From: a virus
Taxonomy: Duplodnaviria > Caudoviricetes
IMG/VR virus record: IMGVR_UViG_3300020042_006160
Span: 1-47,801 of that record
Direction: 5' to 3' (one strand)
DNA length: 47,801 nt
In this document: in pieces, positions 7,355 through 17,103 of the stretch
How the letters are laid out: the number at the start of each line of letters is the position of its first letter
Position numbering within the stretch: position 1 is the stretch's first letter
Notes under the pieces: model-generated
Seen by the model: the letters and a program-made list of their open reading frames with translations, nothing else
Databases searched by the model: none
What the model was told of the DNA's origin: nothing
Position numbers and translations under genes: made by a program

Positions 7355-9391
7355 ATGGAAATAGTAGAAAAATTAAGAGAGAATGGGCATAATGTATTCC
7401 CGTTGGACAAAACAAAGAATCCTAAATTGCAGGAGGGGATAAAGAGTTGGTATAATTACCAAGGCTCGTTAAAAGTGGAAGATGCTTTTGGATTTGGTAT
7501 GGAAATGAATGGAAATGTAGAAGCTATTGATATAGACTTGAAGTATGACCGTACGGGAGAGTTGTTTATTAAGTTTGTGGATAGGATAAAAGAAGTTTGT
7601 CCTGACTTCCTAAACAAGATTACGGTTCAAAAAACAAAAAACAATGGGTACCATTTTATTTACAGATGCTCTGAAAAAAGCGGAAATCTTAAATTAGCAA
7701 ATAGGCCAACAACTTTAGAAGAGCGTGAGGAGAGCTTTAAAAAAACATTAGATAAAGAGTTATCTAAAGGATTGGCGATAAACGAAGCAATCATAAAAGC
7801 TGAAAAATCAAAAGAAGGAGATAAAATTAGAGTTCTTTTAGAAACAAGAGGTAATGGAGGTTATATTGCAATATACCCGACAGAAGGTTATTCTGTAAAA
7901 AAGGGTAGCTTGTTGGATATAAAAGAAGTTACGGTAGAGGAAAGAAACGCGGTTTTTGGAATTGCCCGCGAATTTGACGAGATACCAAAACCTGAATTTA
8001 AACCAAAAGTTCAGCCAAAGAAATCATCAAAGGGCGTAAGTCCATTTGAGGATTACAATGATAGAGGAGACGTCGTTAGTTTGTTAGAATCTGCTGGATG
8101 GTCAGTTGTTTACCAACAAAGAAACAAAGCTTTCTTAAAAAGACCTGGAGCTTCGGACGCTAAAACATCTGGAAACTATGATTACGAAAAGAAATGGTTT
8201 TCTGTATTTTCCACATCTACCGAGTTTGACTCTCAAAAAGCATATTTGCCATACGCTGTTTTTTCAATATTGGAATGCGGGGGAGATTATTCAGAGGCGT
8301 CAAGAAAACTTTATGACTTAGGCTACGGAGAGAGATTTGAGAATAAAATAGAGCAAGAAGTTTCAAGCAAAATAAGCCTACTTGACGACGATATTAGTTT
8401 TGTCGCCAATGATAAAGAACTTACCGATTATCTAACGCAGGTTAGAGATGGTTCTTTTGAAATGGGTAAATCAACAGGAATAAAACATTTAGACAAGCAT
8501 TTCCTTTTTAAAAGCGGAAACTTTGTTGTTGTTAACGGACACGACAACGTGGGCAAGTCTACTGTTATTTGGTATTTAGCTTTATTATCAGCAATGTTTC
8601 ATGGGTGGAAATGGATAATATACTCAAGCGAAAATAGAACTGGCGGAGTATTTAGAAGACTTATGGAGTTTTATTACGGAAAGGAATTGAGTAAAATGAA
8701 TGACTTGCAATACAACGAGGCGTATCAATTCTGCATGAAATACTTTAAAGTTATAAAAACAGAGGAGCTTTTAAATTACAAAGATGTTCTAAATATGGGT
8801 ACTAAGTTGTTAGCCAAAGACGATTACAAAGGCTTCTTAATTGACCCGTATAATTCACTAACAATAGAGTTAAACGACAGAAGCAAATTGAGTACGCACG
8901 AATATCATTACCAAGCAGCAAGTGAAATGAAATTGTGGGGTAGAAAGAATGATTGTTGTGTTTATTTAAACTGCCACGCCGTTACAGCAGCCCTTAGAGA
9001 TAAAACCGCGGGAGGCGACCCAAAGGCTCCAAATAAAGCAGATACCGAGGGTGGTGGTAAATTCGCGAACAAAGCTGATGATTTTATAACACTACACAGA
9101 TTAACCCAACACGTTGACGATTGGATGATTACGCAAATCCACGTTAGAAAAATAAAAGAAACAGAAACTGGCGGAAAACCAACACCATACGAATCTCCTG
9201 TAAAATTATCAATGCTTCCGCATGGAACAGGTTTCGTTTGTCTTGAAGATGGGACTAATCCCGTAGAGGAATACCATAAAATAAAAAACGGGCAGATAAC
9301 ATTGGAACCACAACCATCAAACCAATTCCCAGGATTAACACCAAACACAAGTTTTGATTCACCAATAATCGAGGAGGAATGTCCTTTTTAA
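7355..9391 (+). CDS. Bifunctional primase (Prim-Pol type) fused to DnaB/SF4-like helicase
   Basis: N-terminal NVFPL..TKNP, AIDID, TKNNGYHFIY, ETRGNGGYIAIYPT; C-terminal Walker A GHDNVGKS, Walker B FLIDPYN, and NKAD motif. Confidence 0.85.
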   Translation: MEIVEKLRENGHNVFPLDKTKNPKLQEGIKSWYNYQGSLKVEDAFGFGMEMNGNVEAIDIDLKYDRTGELFIKFVDRIKEVCPDFLNKITVQKTKNNGYHFIYRCSEKSGNLKLANRPTTLEEREESFKKTLDKELSKGLAINEAIIKAEKSKEGDKIRVLLETRGNGGYIAIYPTEGYSVKKGSLLDIKEVTVEERNAVFGIAREFDEIPKPEFKPKVQPKKSSKGVSPFEDYNDRGDVVSLLESAGWSVVYQQRNKAFLKRPGASDAKTSGNYDYEKKWFSVFSTSTEFDSQKAYLPYAVFSILECGGDYSEASRKLYDLGYGERFENKIEQEVSSKISLLDDDISFVANDKELTDYLTQVRDGSFEMGKSTGIKHLDKHFLFKSGNFVVVNGHDNVGKSTVIWYLALLSAMFHGWKWIIYSSENRTGGVFRRLMEFYYGKELSKMNDLQYNEAYQFCMKYFKVIKTEELLNYKDVLNMGTKLLAKDDYKGFLIDPYNSLTIELNDRSKLSTHEYHYQAASEMKLWGRKNDCCVYLNCHAVTAALRDKTAGGDPKAPNKADTEGGGKFANKADDFITLHRLTQHVDDWMITQIHVRKIKETETGGKPTPYESPVKLSMLPHGTGFVCLEDGTNPVEEYHKIKNGQITLEPQPSNQFPGLTPNTSFDSPIIEEECPF

Positions 9392-9394
9392 CTT

Positions 9395-9682
9395 ATGAAA
9401 ATACCAATAGGACAACATTTTACAGGCAAGGATAATTCAGAATGGATTGTATACGCAAGAGAAACTACCGATGATGGCGTAATATTGTCCGCGGTTTGCG
9501 AGAGTGAGCCGCGGAAGTATTATGATGGTTTTGACGAAGACGTGCTGATTGAAAAGTCGGGACGCGGGGAAATTAAACTAACCAAAATAGGAACTTACCA
9601 CACAGGAATAAGAATAAGAAAAAACTCATTAGTAGTTGAAATACCAAAATTTGTACGCGAAGGACTAAAATACTTAAAATAA
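9395..9682 (+). CDS. Hypothetical protein (95 aa)
   Basis: ORF track; last gene of the replication operon. Confidence 0.75.
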   Translation: MKIPIGQHFTGKDNSEWIVYARETTDDGVILSAVCESEPRKYYDGFDEDVLIEKSGRGEIKLTKIGTYHTGIRIRKNSLVVEIPKFVREGLKYLK

Positions 9683-9684
9683 AA

Positions 9685-9714
9685 TTGTAGGTTTAAAAAT
9701 AATTAGTAATTTTG
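9685..9714 (+). promoter_or_regulatory. Bacteroidota sigma70-type promoter
   Basis: TTG (9685-9687), 19-nt spacer, TAATTTTG (9707-9714). Confidence 0.7.
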
Positions 9715-9751
9715 ATTTCGTAAAAATTAAACTTTTTAAACAAATTATATA

Positions 9752-11029
9752 ATGGCAACATTACTTTCAGGTACAGATTTAGCGACGGGAACAACAATCA
9801 ACATTCCCGCAGAAGATATTACAACGGTATTGCAAAAGGCTGGTGAGACAGACTGTATCGTTACTTACGTTTCAAACAAGGGTATTAAAACTCAAGTTAC
9901 TTTAGACGGAAAAGACATTGACGCTTGTTCGTTTCAAGGCGGAGCAATTGACGGAATGATTCCAGTTGTATTGGATTCAATGGCAACTGTAGTTACAGGA
10001 ACTGCAACAGCAGGAGCCGCGGGAACTATCACGTTGACAGGAACTTCTGCAACAAATGATGTTTACAATAACATGTATTGCTACATTACTGAAGGAACAG
10101 GTATCGGTCAAGTTCGTAAAATTACAGACTACGTTGGGGCTACAAAAGTTGCTACAATCGAAAACAATTGGACAGTAACTACAGACAACACATCGGTTTA
10201 TATCGTTGCTGAAGTAGGAAATTTAATCCAAGCAACTAAAGTCGGCTTGATTGACAACCAGTTAGGTTTGTTTTTATACAACAACGATGGCGCTGCAAAA
10301 GACCAATTAACATTAAACTCAGACCAAGACGCTGCTGCTTTTGTAACTTACATCAATACTGCAATTGACGAAGCTGCTGCAACATACGTAACTCTTTCAA
10401 CATCACAAACTGTAAGTGGAGCTAAAAACTTTACAGGAGGCATAGAATACACAACTGCTCTATCTGGCGCAGGAGCTGTAGGAACACCCGCTGTTCAAGT
10501 AGGAGCAACAAACACGGGTCTTTACTTAGTGTCTGCAACACAGACTGGTTTCTCTCAAGACGGAGCATTAGTAGCGTTGTTTGACGCAAACGGTATAGTA
10601 ACAAGCGAAGTAAACGAACAAGTTGTAGGTGTAGGTGTTTCTGTAGACTCTGCTGTTTTAAAAGACGGTTCATTAATCACGGTTCCAACAGCATCTGCTG
10701 AAAACGTAACAGATACGCTTACTGCGGCTCAAATGTTAGGTGGAGCGATTACATCAACAAGTGCTGCTGTGGTAGCACTAACAACACCAACAGCGGCTTC
10801 TATTTTAGCTTTAATCTCTGGTGGTGGAGTTGGTACACAATTTGACTTAGCAATTGACAACAGCGCTGGAGCAAGCACTATCACATTAACATTAGATGGT
10901 TCTATCACGGCGCCAGTAGGAGCAGTAACTGGTGGTAACACACTTACAGTAACCACTACTCACAAAGTTGGTATCTTTAGATTCTATTTTACAAGCCCGA
11001 CTGCTGCGGTAGTTTATCGTGTAGCATAA
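9752..11029 (+). CDS. Abundant virion structural protein (possible capsid decoration/head fibre)
   Basis: Thr/Ala/Gly-rich; MCP-like codon bias (ATC, TAC, CGT); has its own promoter and terminator; shares a module with 19739..21565. Confidence 0.6.
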   Translation: MATLLSGTDLATGTTINIPAEDITTVLQKAGETDCIVTYVSNKGIKTQVTLDGKDIDACSFQGGAIDGMIPVVLDSMATVVTGTATAGAAGTITLTGTSATNDVYNNMYCYITEGTGIGQVRKITDYVGATKVATIENNWTVTTDNTSVYIVAEVGNLIQATKVGLIDNQLGLFLYNNDGAAKDQLTLNSDQDAAAFVTYINTAIDEAAATYVTLSTSQTVSGAKNFTGGIEYTTALSGAGAVGTPAVQVGATNTGLYLVSATQTGFSQDGALVALFDANGIVTSEVNEQVVGVGVSVDSAVLKDGSLITVPTASAENVTDTLTAAQMLGGAITSTSAAVVALTTPTAASILALISGGGVGTQFDLAIDNSAGASTITLTLDGSITAPVGAVTGGNTLTVTTTHKVGIFRFYFTSPTAAVVYRVA

Positions 11030-11059
11030 ACAATACTTTTCATAGGAGTAAAATAAGCG

Positions 11060-11092
11060 AAAAAAGCTGGACTTAAATGTTCAGCTTTTTTT
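11060..11092 (+). terminator. Intrinsic terminator (possibly bidirectional)
   Basis: AAAAAGCTGGAC-ttaaat-GTTCAGCTTTTTTT. Confidence 0.85.
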
Positions 11093-11126
11093 GTTTAACT
11101 TCGTGGCATTCTAAATCTAAATTAAA

Positions 11127-11537
11127 ATGAATCGTCCCGAAACAAAACTAAAGGATAAAGCGTGGGAAGAATATATCAACCACATTGAGGCTAAATTGTT
11201 AGAACTAACAAAAAGCCCTCACACAAAACACTACCTAACCATCCTTGGACAAATTAACGATTGGTCAGACCAACTTCAGATAAGAGAAGAGGATATGGTT
11301 ATTGACGGAGTTACCACAAGAGTAATGAGGGGGAGGATAGAAATGTTTGGTAGTAAAGACGATAAAGAGTTTGATAGAGCCACTAAATATTTTAAGGAAA
11401 TAGACGACTACTTAACAAAGTTAGATAATCTAAGAGCTAAAATGTCTGTAGAAGACAGAGAGGAGTTAGCAAAGAAAGAGCAGCTTGACAAAACAGGTCA
11501 TGCGGAGAAATTATTAATGAAATCACTTGGCAAATGA
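11127..11537 (+). CDS. Putative terminase small subunit
   Basis: Helical, charged 136-aa protein with an ATGA overlap onto terL; call rests on position. Confidence 0.55.
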   Translation: MNRPETKLKDKAWEEYINHIEAKLLELTKSPHTKHYLTILGQINDWSDQLQIREEDMVIDGVTTRVMRGRIEMFGSKDDKEFDRATKYFKEIDDYLTKLDNLRAKMSVEDREELAKKEQLDKTGHAEKLLMKSLGK

Positions 11538-13561
11538 CGGAGGCACTTTACGAAGATATATCGTTTGAGTTACCTCCACAGCCACAAAAACACAAAATCG
11601 CAGGGTATGGATTGCCAAAAAAAGAACAGAAGTGGACGAGGAATGAACTACCTAATGAGTTTTATGAGTTACCGGAAAAAGAACAAGACGAGTTTATACT
11701 GCAAGAGTTCAAACGCAGAAACGATGGGTATTGGTTTTACAGCAATGGAACACCAACATACATTACGGGTCATCACTACTTTCATTTAAACTGGTGCCAA
11801 TTTAGTTTTGGATTTCCTGATTATAGGGATGTAGATAGACGCGCGTTTTACTTTTGGCAAATATGCGAAGAGGATGAAGAGTGTCTTGGGGAAATACAAT
11901 TAAAATTCAGAAGGCGTGGAGCAACATCCCAAGCGGAAGCAATCATTCTAAACACAGCTACGCGAACATTTAATGCGTGGTGCGGAATTATATCAAAAAC
12001 AGGAAAGGATGCGGGAGACGTATTCGGTGAGATAGTAGACCTATACAGAAACCTGCCTGAGTTCTTTAGACCCGTAGTGGCGGATAACGATAGGCCGAAA
12101 GTAGAATTACTATTTGCGGCGCCAGCTAAATCAGCAAGAAAAGGACAAGCAAAGCGCGGAATAGAACTCAACACGAGAATAAATTGGAGAAATTCAGTAG
12201 AGAATGCTTATGATGGTAGAAAGCTGAAGATAGCCTTGTTCGATGAGCAAGGTAAGGCTGAAACAATGGACGCGGAAAGATTTTTCGACATTCACAAACC
12301 TTGTTTTATGCAAGGTAGAAAGATTATAGGAAAAGCAATGATGCCATCCACAGTAAACGAAATGTCAAAGGGCGGGGCAGCATTCAAGAAAACGTGGGAA
12401 GGCTCGGACTATTCGCAAAGGTCAGAAAACGGAAGGACGCTTTCGGGCATGTACCGTTATTTCGTTCCTGCGTATGATGGGTTTGAAGGATTTATTGACG
12501 AGTATGGAATGTCCGTAGTAGAAACACCAGAGAAACCCATAATGGGTAATGACGGAAAACTGATAACTGTTGGGGCTAAATCATACCTTGAAAACGAAAG
12601 AAAATTAAGAGAGAAGGATAGGAATAAATTAGCCGAGTTCAAGAGGCAGTTTCCATTCTCAGCGGAGGAAGCGTTAAGAAACGAGGGTAATGATAACCTA
12701 TATGACCTTGAGAAAATTTACGAGCAGATAGATCACAACAACTTATTTCCACCAAAATACAGAACAGGAAACTTTGTTTGGAAGGGTGGTAATAGGGATG
12801 GTGTTGTAGAGTTTAAAGATGACGCTAAAGGCAAATGGAATATTTTTTGGTTGCCACCAGCCGACGAACAGAATAACAAGAAGTTTAAAAACGGAAAGGT
12901 TGCGCCAGGTAATGAAAATTGCGGAGTGTTTGGATGTGACCCTTTTGATAATAAATACACGGCGAGTAACAAGAAATCGAACGCGGCTTCTTATGGGTAT
13001 CTGAAACACGATTCAATGAAGCCTATTTCTGAGATATTTGTGGTGGAGTATGTTAATCGCCCGAACGATCCAAATACATTTTTTGAGGACATGATATTGA
13101 TGTGTGTATTTTATGGATGGGAATTACTTGTAGAGAATAACAAGTATGGACTAATAAACTACTTTGATAACAGAGGTTACTCTAATTATTTAATGGAAAG
13201 GCCCGCGTTTACACAAACTGAGTATAGCGAAAAAACAAAGTCAAAGGATGGCAAGGGAATACCAATGACAGGTGAGGCTCCGCGTTCAAGCCTAATGGAA
13301 GGAACACAATCTTACATTTACAACAAGATAGGATTTAACGAAGATGGAGAGATAGGGGTTTGTCCGTTTAATAGATTACTTGAATGTTGGAGTAAGTTTG
13401 AGCCTGATAATTGGACAGACTATGATGAGGCTGTTGGTTCGGGACTTGCGCTTATAGCATCAAAAAAACATTTACCAAAGCAAAATCAAAATAAAATTAA
13501 TATCTTTGAGTTATTCCCCAAATATAACAATCGCGGGGATATTGCCAAAAAGATAAAATGA
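11534..13561 (+). CDS. terL: Terminase large subunit
   Basis: YITGHHYFHLNW, Walker A KFRRRGAT, Walker B LFDEQGK, nuclease GCDPFD, and LVENN motif. Confidence 0.93.
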   Translation: MTEALYEDISFELPPQPQKHKIAGYGLPKKEQKWTRNELPNEFYELPEKEQDEFILQEFKRRNDGYWFYSNGTPTYITGHHYFHLNWCQFSFGFPDYRDVDRRAFYFWQICEEDEECLGEIQLKFRRRGATSQAEAIILNTATRTFNAWCGIISKTGKDAGDVFGEIVDLYRNLPEFFRPVVADNDRPKVELLFAAPAKSARKGQAKRGIELNTRINWRNSVENAYDGRKLKIALFDEQGKAETMDAERFFDIHKPCFMQGRKIIGKAMMPSTVNEMSKGGAAFKKTWEGSDYSQRSENGRTLSGMYRYFVPAYDGFEGFIDEYGMSVVETPEKPIMGNDGKLITVGAKSYLENERKLREKDRNKLAEFKRQFPFSAEEALRNEGNDNLYDLEKIYEQIDHNNLFPPKYRTGNFVWKGGNRDGVVEFKDDAKGKWNIFWLPPADEQNNKKFKNGKVAPGNENCGVFGCDPFDNKYTASNKKSNAASYGYLKHDSMKPISEIFVVEYVNRPNDPNTFFEDMILMCVFYGWELLVENNKYGLINYFDNRGYSNYLMERPAFTQTEYSEKTKSKDGKGIPMTGEAPRSSLMEGTQSYIYNKIGFNEDGEIGVCPFNRLLECWSKFEPDNWTDYDEAVGSGLALIASKKHLPKQNQNKINIFELFPKYNNRGDIAKKIK

Positions 13562-13566
13562 GGTAA

Positions 13567-15855
13567 ATGCAAACAGACGAAGTAACAGCAACCTTCCCAA
13601 GTCAGAAGGTATCGCCAGAAGTAAAAAAGTCCAAAGAGTACGGGCTAATGTATGCAAAAAGCATGTATGCACGAATAGCTGACAACTATTTTAGTAACTT
13701 CGATAACAAACGTAGATTACGAATAAACAGAAAATACGCGGAAGGTTTACAATCAGTAAACAAGTATAAGTCCTTAATGGATATGGACGGTGATACATCC
13801 TATGCAAACATAGATTGGACGCCACCAACAATTATCCCAAAGTTCGTAGATATATTAGTAGATAAATTCTTACAACAAGAATATGACTTTATATGCAACC
13901 CTTTAGACCCTATCAGTAAATCTAATTCAGATGACGTAGTAAAGGCTTTAAAAACAGCAATGTTAGTAAAACCAGTACTTGATGAATTACAAAAAGTAGG
14001 TATAGAAAACCCATTAGCCGGAGCGTCAGTTCCTAAAGACGATGACGAAATGAACCTTTGGTTGCAAATGACAGGCAAGATAGCCGATGCAATTGCAATG
14101 GAGGAAGGTTTGAAAGTTTGTTTAACAGCAAGTGATTGGAAATCAATCAAGCGCCAAATAATTAGAGACTTGGTAGTTTGTAAAATCGCGGGTGTTAGAC
14201 CATACTACGATGAGAACAACATGATTAGAGCAAGAGCAATAGACCCTTGCCGATTAGTAACATCGTGGACAGACAAACCAGACTTTAACAACATACAATA
14301 CGTTGGAGAGATTATCCAAATGTCAATATCTCAATTAGCAGATTCAGCAAATGGAGAATTAAGCGAAACGGATTTATACGAGATAGCTAAGTTAAACGCA
14401 AACAAACAAGGCAATCCAAACTGGCGCTGGGGTAATTCATACTACCCTAATAACAATATGATGTACCGTCCTTATGATAATTTCTTAGTAGAAGTTATGG
14501 ACTTTTCTTTCACATCCATTGATGTAAAAAAATGGAGCGAAAAGAAAAACAACAACGGCGGGTATTATATGAAACAACGCGGTCTTGATTATCAAGTTCC
14601 GCAAGGACCAAACAATAAGACTAAGCTACACGAAAAGACAGTCCAAAACTGTTACAATGGATTCTTTGTAGTGGGTACAGATTACTTGTATCGTTACGGA
14701 GTTCAAAAGAACATGATACGCGACAGAAAGAATAACAAAATTTCTACCAACGTGTATTTACCGATAGTACTATTCGCACCGGATATTTACGATATGGAAA
14801 ACAAGTCGTTAGTAGAGCGAATGATTCCTTTCGCTGACCAAGTAGCGCTATGTCATTTTAAAATCCAACAACTTATAGGTAAGGCTATCCCTCCAGGAGT
14901 AGCAATTGACCAAAGAGCTTTAGAGTCTATGGCTGTTGGTATGGGTGAAAAGAACATTAAACCAAAAGAAATGGTTGAAATGTACACCCAAACAGGTAAC
15001 TTTATTTACCGATCAAAAGATGCTGAGGGAGAAATAATCAATAGTTCTGCAATAACACCAATGGTTAATGGGGTAAGTCCTGAGATTGGTAGATTGGTAG
15101 AGATTATAGATTACAATATTAACATGATGCGTACCGCGACGGGATTAAACGAAGCCGCGGATAGTTCAACACCAGACAAAGATGCCTTAATAGGTATTCA
15201 GAAAATGGCGTTGGCAGCAAGTAACGCTTCAGTACGTCACATTAAAGAAGCTTACGAAAGTATATCAGAAAGAACAGCAAAGATTATGTCATTAATGATA
15301 CAAGATTTGTTTGATGATGGAAAAGGCGAAGATATATTTGAGTCCGCATTAGGACCAGAAGCCGTGATGTATTTAAGAGCCTCGAAGAATTTTACAATGA
15401 TGGATTCGGGGATTGAAATACAATACAAAGCAACCTTAGAAGAAAAGCAAAGGCTTTCAATGTATATCCAACAAGAGCTTCAGACACAAGCTATTCGTTT
15501 AGAAGACGCTGTAATGGTTGAGGAATTTGATAATATAAAACTTGCAGTTCAATACTTGATATACAGAAAGAAAAAGTATCAAGAGGAGAGAATGCAAGAA
15601 AGCGCGGCGTTACAACAACAAAACGCACAAGTGCAACAACAATCAATGATGGCAGCAAAACAAGCTGAAGCGGAGATAGAGATGCACAAGATACAAGTGG
15701 ATGCTGATAGATTAACGGTAGAGTATAAGTTAAAATCAGACCTTTCAGCACAAGAACACCAACAGAAAATGGAGGAGATTTCTTTGCAGGGTCAGATAAA
15801 AAACGATAACACTATTATAAATAATCATACGAAACCGCAAAAAACTGCACAATAA
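13567..15855 (+). CDS. Portal protein
   Basis: 762 aa directly after terL; IDWTPPTIIPKFVDILV, KSLVERMIPFAD and TGLNEA motifs; C-terminal Gln-rich coiled coil typical of podovirus portals. Confidence 0.88.
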   Translation: MQTDEVTATFPSQKVSPEVKKSKEYGLMYAKSMYARIADNYFSNFDNKRRLRINRKYAEGLQSVNKYKSLMDMDGDTSYANIDWTPPTIIPKFVDILVDKFLQQEYDFICNPLDPISKSNSDDVVKALKTAMLVKPVLDELQKVGIENPLAGASVPKDDDEMNLWLQMTGKIADAIAMEEGLKVCLTASDWKSIKRQIIRDLVVCKIAGVRPYYDENNMIRARAIDPCRLVTSWTDKPDFNNIQYVGEIIQMSISQLADSANGELSETDLYEIAKLNANKQGNPNWRWGNSYYPNNNMMYRPYDNFLVEVMDFSFTSIDVKKWSEKKNNNGGYYMKQRGLDYQVPQGPNNKTKLHEKTVQNCYNGFFVVGTDYLYRYGVQKNMIRDRKNNKISTNVYLPIVLFAPDIYDMENKSLVERMIPFADQVALCHFKIQQLIGKAIPPGVAIDQRALESMAVGMGEKNIKPKEMVEMYTQTGNFIYRSKDAEGEIINSSAITPMVNGVSPEIGRLVEIIDYNINMMRTATGLNEAADSSTPDKDALIGIQKMALAASNASVRHIKEAYESISERTAKIMSLMIQDLFDDGKGEDIFESALGPEAVMYLRASKNFTMMDSGIEIQYKATLEEKQRLSMYIQQELQTQAIRLEDAVMVEEFDNIKLAVQYLIYRKKKYQEERMQESAALQQQNAQVQQQSMMAAKQAEAEIEMHKIQVDADRLTVEYKLKSDLSAQEHQQKMEEISLQGQIKNDNTIINNHTKPQKTAQ

Positions 15856-15942
15856 TTTGATTATTTGTAAAATGTTTTGCTAATTTGTGTATCTATTTGG
15901 AATTAGTCTAAATAAAAATAATAAATTTAAATCTAAATTGAA

Positions 15943-17064
15943 ATGAATCAAGGACACATGAGCGAGTTAATCGCAGGTGCATTAGGCGGAAGCGTAAACG
16001 AGGCTGGAGAAATTGAGGCTAAGGATTTTGAAGTAATAGATGCGGCACAGCCAGAACAAGGAGACAGAACACCGCCAAAAACGGAAGAAGCTCCAAAAAC
16101 TGAGGAAGCCCAAAAAGAAACTCCGAAAGCGGAGGAAAAACCTAAAGCTGAAGAGCCGAAGGGAGAAAAGAAAGAAGAAAGTTCTTTGACAAATAAAAGT
16201 TTTGAGGAATTATTAGCTGAGAAATCGGGCGGTAAATTCAAAAGCTGGGAAGAGATAGAAAGCCTATCAACACCAAAGCAAGAATACGCCAATGATTTAG
16301 TAGCTAAATTAAACGAGTTCTCAAAAAAGTTTGAAGACCCAAATACAGCATTTGATTTATTTCTGAAAACACAAACCGCGGATTTTACTCAATTAGCAGA
16401 CGTGGATGCCATCAAGATGAAACTCAAGATGGAAAATCCAGAGCTAAGTGATAAAGAAATTGACTACGAGTTCAAAACAACCTACAAAGTTGATGAAGAT
16501 ACGTGGGATGAAGAAACGGTGGAGTTGGCTAATCTAAAGTTAGTGAGAGATGCAAAGAAAGCTAAGGACGATTTAGTTAAAACGCAACAAGAACTTGCGC
16601 TAAACGGAGATAAGGACGAAGCGAAAATAGCAGCTCAAAGCAAAGCTTGGGAGGAAAGCAGAAATAATTGGAATAAGTCGGTTGACGATTCAGCATCTCA
16701 ACTTGAAAAAATGGACATAAAGATATCCGATAAAGATAGTCTTGAGTGGAAGTTTAGTCAAGAAGAAAGAAGCGAAGCGTTAGAATTGACAAAAAGCATG
16801 CACGACGATTCGACTAAATTCTTTGAATTATTCAAAAACGAGAAAGGAGCCTATGACCATGGAAAAATAGCTTCAGCGTATTTGAAACTAAAAAAGTTCG
16901 AGGATATTATAGGGGCAGCAGTCGAGCAAGCAAAAAGCGCGGGAACAAAAACAGTAGTGGCCGATTTGAAAAACACGGACTTCTCTGGCGCAAAACAAGG
17001 TAACAATCCAACATCGAGAACGATAGAGGAGCAGGTTGCAGAACAGCTTTTCAAAAGAATGTAA
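15943..17064 (+). CDS. Putative capsid scaffolding protein
   Basis: Acidic and helical with PKTEEA repeats; sits between portal and MCP. Confidence 0.7.
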   Translation: MNQGHMSELIAGALGGSVNEAGEIEAKDFEVIDAAQPEQGDRTPPKTEEAPKTEEAQKETPKAEEKPKAEEPKGEKKEESSLTNKSFEELLAEKSGGKFKSWEEIESLSTPKQEYANDLVAKLNEFSKKFEDPNTAFDLFLKTQTADFTQLADVDAIKMKLKMENPELSDKEIDYEFKTTYKVDEDTWDEETVELANLKLVRDAKKAKDDLVKTQQELALNGDKDEAKIAAQSKAWEESRNNWNKSVDDSASQLEKMDIKISDKDSLEWKFSQEERSEALELTKSMHDDSTKFFELFKNEKGAYDHGKIASAYLKLKKFEDIIGAAVEQAKSAGTKTVVADLKNTDFSGAKQGNNPTSRTIEEQVAEQLFKRM

Positions 17065-17103
17065 CTAACTAATTAAAAACAACAAAAAAACAAACAATAA
17101 ATT

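Noticed and set aside
16072-16165. PKTEEA/PKAEE repeats in the scaffold gene
   Set aside because: Ordinary low-complexity disordered region of scaffold proteins.
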